A stretch of 20,000 bases of DNA from IMG/VR virus record IMGVR_UViG_3300009183_000076; one strand, given 5' to 3'. The position numbers were made by a program, and so were the translations under genes. This document shows, in pieces, positions 19,301 to 20,000 of this stretch. Numbering within the stretch: position 1 is the first letter of the stretch; each line of letters starts with the position of its first letter. The DNA comes from an uncultured virus (IMG/VR IMGVR_UViG_3300009183_000076). Taxonomy: Duplodnaviria; Heunggongvirae; Uroviricota; Caudoviricetes. Below the pieces are notes generated by a model, which was not told the DNA's origin, made no database searches, and worked only from the letters and a program-made list of their open reading frames with translations.

Positions 19301-20000
19301 ATAGTAGCCATGCTCCCGAAGAACTAGTACCTGGTCGCATGTATGATGCAATTGAAATGCGTGTGTTTAGTAACACTGTTGGAAATACTGCAACCTACGG
19401 ATTCAGAGTCTTCCAGCCGATGAGCAAAAACATTGAATACACAAGAATAAGTGCCAATTCCACAACAACACTTTCTGCTAATTTAGCATTAACTGATGAC
19501 GAAATTTTGGTAACAGATGCAGCAAAATTACCAACACCAAGTACTGAGTTAGGAAATCCTGGTATAGTGTTTATTAACGGTGAACGAATTGTGTATTACC
19601 AAAAATATGATTCAGAAAAAATGTCAACTGCTGTTGCCTGGACTGCAAACACAAATATTCCTGTTAACACTTTGATATCATTAGATAGTAATGTTTACCT
19701 AACCACAGGTAATGTGTATGCCAATACCAATGCGTATGTTAATTCGGCCAATATTCAATTAATCAAATTGAATAGTTTGAGACAGATTCGTCGTGGCGTA
19801 GACGGAACAGGTGCAGCCAATATAACTGCTATAGCATCAGCAGGCGAATCATCCTTGTTAACAACTACTACGACTACGATACCAAGATACTGGCAAGCCA
19901 ATGCAGTTATTGGCACTATCGCAGCCAATCTTGACATTAGCAGTCAAGACCAAAATATGAACGACGTGTTCTTCAAATCAGACGGTACAAAGATGTATTC
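7348..20000 (+). CDS. Giant multidomain virion structural protein (>4217 aa, 3'-truncated), probably a gp7/P2 gpI-like baseplate wedge scaffold with adhesin modules
   Basis: ATG at 7348 after AGGAAG/AGG. Frame 1 reads MAVIKSIQFLPDIFQTDANKKFLNATIDQL... through to ...FFKSDGTKMY. I saw no stop in the segments I translated, and the ORF track lists no closed ORF in this frame. Contains FYQGFIKQKGTTNSIRAL (~12988-13041) and YINEAKPYRTKI (~17839-17874). Follows the gp6-like gene. Confidence 0.9.
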   Translation, partial: MAVIKSIQFLPDIFQTDANKKFLNATIDQLISEPNLKKIKGYIGRKLSPSYKKSDSYIEEDTATRQNYQLEPSIIIKNSITDTIDFATTYSDIINKIKYYGGLSQNHNRLFDNEYYTYDPKIDLDKFVNFSQYYWLENGPGAVTVTAAGIPLVNTFTVTYDSPTKAYYFTGYDNTPNPTITLARGGTYYFDINEPGNNFYIQSLPGQTGTNPALPNINTRTILGVTDNGNDVGLVRFSVPSETAQVQWTSMTIAGKVDFATNLSYQQIHGSTVEEINSIGGLDGFSVSLTAKQIIFINNELIDDEFWATPEITVVDGVAYIDTVNPETMIPFSGRNDIYQINIVPDDTETERVVLTPVVSVTDEQKIIVKSGVDNVGKEFYSRQGLITEVPPITAPLATLFYQNAHESSAVGGIQIIDPVDATIDPDLEIVGKINYTSPNGIQFTNGLKITFDSSTTSTYANNTYYVEGVGTSIILVPVTSLICDELDNDLSTPDYLTIKRDSIDLNAWSRSNRWFHSDVITLTSTYNDTELVFDQNLRAQRPIIEFQSNYQLYNEGAEAKQPIDIIDTTITRAFTQVQGVICASAASHTFTVDGESVTLTHGDRVIFSTDLNNNVRDKIFNFSIIEASTSPTLVRRAYIEEADDSLVEQGHTVLVRSGTNGGKQWHYNGESWIPSQLKTSVNQAPQFDVINESGISLSNQASYPGSNFNGTKIFSYKTGTGTVDSVLGFSLSYKNFISQGDIQFDNNFDFESFTYIVAGGTESASINNGFLQKNLSRTTCQRQNIWTINNQFSKQYQIYDFIYDGVTNLFPIDYIPDASTDVPNIKVIVNNNNLAVENFGVTKVVDRYSILINPDIITANDVIFVLIFNRVNVAPNAYYEIPLNFDINSLNTNLQTLTLGQVRNHLITIKNNSLNIVGDVPGSNNLRDINFINKGGSILQHSAPVVYAGLFLNHPTMNFVSSLKLASKEYNKFKIKFLELAVNLNIDTTDILGSVDLIVANINAAKNNTFPWYYSDMVPFGDTDRVLIPTYTILNVELKSYEITNIFNDTVVSNKSVLVYLSRTINGITTKTSLVRGRDFYFNQDRPAITFQPTFNLLYGDQIDIVEYNNTDGSYIPETPTKLGIYPKYIPEIFIDNTYTTPRSVIQGHDGSLTPAFGDYRDDLLLELERRIYNNIKVNYDTNVFNLHDYIPGKFRVTDYALSEFTEIVSKEFLAWVGTNRIDYTSNNVFSASDPFTWNYRKFRDVVNGETLPGTWRSIYRYFYDTDRPHTHPWEMLGFSEKPDYWDTRYGPAPYTGGNDILWSDLSTGYIAEGTRAGFDTRYQRPNLSFYIPVDDSGNLRSPEEILVADFDSQKANTSYAVGDIGPAELAWRRSSEFPFAMHLALALMKPAKYFALLTDVSNYNRNLVTAQFNVNTTFQHLTPSSIQIHGYDDNGTIIRSAGYINWIRDYLKNLGIGDPGTVIKNNLDNLNVQLSYKMAGYTDKRFIELLAEQNSPSSINDSVVIPDENYRIELYKGSPINKIFYSAVIVEKTPNGYSVSGYNTNNPYFYIIPSEVNNNAYTITVGTQLGVIYKDFKKIKYTIPYGFEFNSKQQVVDFLVGYQRYLQSQGFIFTDKNSALNEQQDFILSSKEFLYWSSQGWRNGSILVLSPVLANLKIYDTESVVDEIKNAPFSSRILDINLKAITVNNFTVNRESNLFSLTVNNDQTIGFAELDLVQYEHLLILDNLTVFQDVIYVPELGNRQYRLRLVGSKTADWSGSLELPGFVYNSGKVDEWLTGADYQKGSVVRYKFNYYTALQDIAAADTFQSLYWKQISITELKSGMINNFATNASQSLNYYDIDAQPTNESLQLFSNGLIGFRDRDYFTNLGIDATTQSKFYQGFIKQKGTTNSIRALRGATFSDLDTGIDVFENWAVRVGEYGSTDLNQFIEVILDEVDFTNNPAPLQFIDNSVTEQADIPKFELTNIHKKSDNFVANLFKPETTDESSLLKPLPVAGFVNLDDVDATIFSIQNYQDLTSIIDNIGTGFKIWVARDFNNTWNVYRATNIQAPVIFLSYNIDSIAQFVTTRDHGLAEGDIIAIKNFDTRFNGVYQVYSVIDTTRFYVTMYQNLSTLIQEQGVSGVGILFKLTTSKVDYQYQIDSVRPISGWQENDKIWVSDLDGNKNWAVYNKNDSWMYQEEVTLNNSQYIGNDSFGKSVSLSDDGKLLYSGAPDSGTGRLSIFAKNTSNRWDPKGFLWGNSEQLSGFGAKVANGSGYLAVAAPSSYSDRGYVYVYKDLVLVQILVDSAGATDYKFGQALAMSDDGTYLYIGSPGANKVFCYALEVPRSVVSQVFPDATTGANPPDSNRTVFVLDTTVTITNAEDIVVSSPQRSLEYIPYVDYTIGTCTNGVNGFSTSGTAIDPAPTASVTYYGLSASGGSGTGAKFNVTRTLGSTTYAVTCVDPGNGYTVGNTLTILGTAVGGTTPTNDLSIVVASVYTKTKLIFNTAPATFEKIAVVAQANYYKLIETLPLTTEAPALSNFGSALVCNSEGNTLVVGANQYQIDGVTGAGAVFVYHRTITEFVTDGIIGSYQTADDFNSISRVTLTGEVLVNGIDYYIVGTKTIQFNTFNTPLINQRLKAETNQFVLDQTLVSDTTTTINELFGSEVAMCNTGCNIYVSSPAYKDSHYSFGKVTRFINLGRIYGTVTGTIANPVITPAHTIIINNFKVEFTDTTVTQAANAINASNIPGISAAVIDNKIQINSDILVIGEKLDIKEGNGTALADLGLNIYQLAQTLKHPYSVGEKFGISIAVNQTNGFLAIGSDGADTSTTTSIDTTTNTKFDSSSTTFSDFSKDSGAVYLFDLLNNPFESADSPSLFSYTQKLFAPVIDDNYEFGSSIDMYNDILVVGTAKSSSQVPQGGSVISFYNENVKSGWELIRYKEPRVDITTITSSFVYNKRTQNIVSFFDILDPAKGKILGTADQEIDYREDYDPASYNVRTSLGVILNENFYWTSRHVGKSWWDTLVASFIDYEQDSLNYRIKNWGALFPGSQIKIYEWVESDFLPSQYVNNGGDGIPKYSDNSAYSFETIVDPATGIITQKYYYWVGGKTSVNPNVAKRTISTSALEILISNPKDQGISYIAPLALNALSLYNIADVLTGQDIVLHLDFGLSRNSNLIHNEYQLVQQGNPLQDIPTRVINKLRDSLVGFNSNGQLIPDPLISADNRIGILLRPRQSFFVNRLPALKTFVTSLNLVFKENPILLTTNPSLLYSEQSVPAMFDAETGSSTELSYLNTANFPNGYSVLIRNDADFNGKWTLYTFNSTAAKFEVNQIQSYKTSLFWDKIDWYDSTYQEGTKISFVVDRYADIQTISPLSGDTIKILDNGNGQWLIYQVNADLTLNLVAAQDASLQLKTELYDSTLSAGFDAKVYDLTEFDPQAGLELANIFNSVYQEIFIKDLAIKFNDLFFEIVNYILSEQISPDWIFKTSFIDVNHQLRTLKQISNYTRDNQNFYEDYINEAKPYRTKIREYVPQYSNLDSITGQWTDFDLPNRYDSTTGTFRSPDSRDATDAALLESDAIYADWNNNYKFKVVDFRIADAGQGYSIAPTVDIIGGGGTGATANATINLSTGEVTNVYITNPGSGYTSTPTVVINGLGTGARAYPILNNEYYAADTTKSYNFVRSTNTIIKFDRIDYETSVIEWDSTVVGLSPTVIGSGANTGNLWVSSGNLYSYSNEIYALNYAYSVESPLFDYTKFTKINPGNVLIRAADRIQTYYSAAPGRTSKDLKQLMNGVDYPGINVLGETFTANSFYLTSNVVSFDYTGLRITSSDVTNLDFVKEGFDLNHPIRIEAMLPFDFGNNGTFKIVSIARDEMTLTGGQIDSIYTLTVGNYITANIGDYINQANTSANAYVLANVVNSRTVPIIHTTLGFINSPEVISINGITTAANVQELVVGGNVPNVKISSLYLDEVIDSNIYSTYLDTALGTRPEDINIVGGAYVDTYSSHAPEELVPGRMYDAIEMRVFSNTVGNTATYGFRVFQPMSKNIEYTRISANSTTTLSANLALTDDEILVTDAAKLPTPSTELGNPGIVFINGERIVYYQKYDSEKMSTAVAWTANTNIPVNTLISLDSNVYLTTGNVYANTNAYVNSANIQLIKLNSLRQIRRGVDGTGAANITAIASAGESSLLTTTTTTIPRYWQANAVIGTIAANLDISSQDQNMNDVFFKSDGTKMY
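13933..16074 (+). repeat. Seven FG-GAP (integrin-alpha-like) protein repeats within the giant ORF
   Basis: FG motifs at 13933 (FGKSVSLSDDGKLLYSGAP), 14089 (FGAKV...LAVAAP), 14233 (FGQALAMSDDGTYLYIGSP), 14914 (FGSALVCNSEGNTLVVGA), 15280 (FGSEVAM...IYVSSP), 15709 (FGISIAV...LAIGS) and 15976 (FGSSIDMYNDILVVG). Most are followed by a G.VY.F-type strand. Confidence 0.85.
18064..18288 (+). repeat. Two tandem 'GxGY...PTV.I.G.GTGA.A' protein repeats typical of myovirus baseplate/tail proteins
   Basis: VVDFRIADAGQGYSIAPTVDIIGGGGTGATANATI and VTNVYITNPGSGYTSTPTVVINGLGTGARAYPIL. Confidence 0.8.

Noticed and set aside
544..19937. All short minus-strand ORFs and the alternate-frame plus ORFs (2589-2783, 9581-9769) in the ORF track
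   Set aside because: They are 60-109 aa, lie wholly inside long motif-bearing + strand genes, and have no recognisable motifs. They are shadow ORFs.
1..20000. Bacterial T6SS, eCIS or tailocin locus
   Set aside because: The gene order is similar, but the T4-type gp6 motifs, TAAATA late-promoter-like sites and giant wedge protein fit a large phage better, and no Tss or Afp accessory genes are present. Not fully excluded without flanking sequence.
7348..20000. Intein, intron, DGR variable repeat or CRISPR array within the giant ORF
   Set aside because: I saw no intein splice or LAGLIDADG motifs, no frame break, and no long near-identical nucleotide repeats by eye. The repeats exist only at the protein level. 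A dotplot would be needed to exclude subtle cases.

Overview
An AT-rich window (about 35% GC by eye), densely coded and entirely on the + strand. It is the contractile-tail baseplate module of a large myovirus-type (probably jumbo) phage. Gene order: 3' part of a gp27-like hub/tail protein (1-816), gp5/VgrG-like spike (830-2428), a lysozyme-like protein with a large low-complexity insertion (2432-3595), gp25-like wedge protein (3613-3990), long gp6-like wedge protein (4037-7336), then a giant ORF that the ORF track missed. That ORF starts at ATG 7348 and stays open to the window edge (>4217 aa). It appears to be a gp7/P2-gpI-like wedge scaffold carrying many adhesin-type modules: an interrupted cupredoxin-like domain, a CBM5/12-like motif, a seven-blade FG-GAP propeller with nested insertions, GxGY repeats and the start of a second propeller. 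The main non-coding signal is a 22-bp hairpin at 3986-4039. It pairs across the Shine-Dalgarno and ATG of the gp6-like gene and has a T4-late-like TAAATA promoter at its apex. The spike and lysozyme-like genes are in the same frame, separated only by TAA TAA. All family assignments come from reading motifs by eye, not from database searches.
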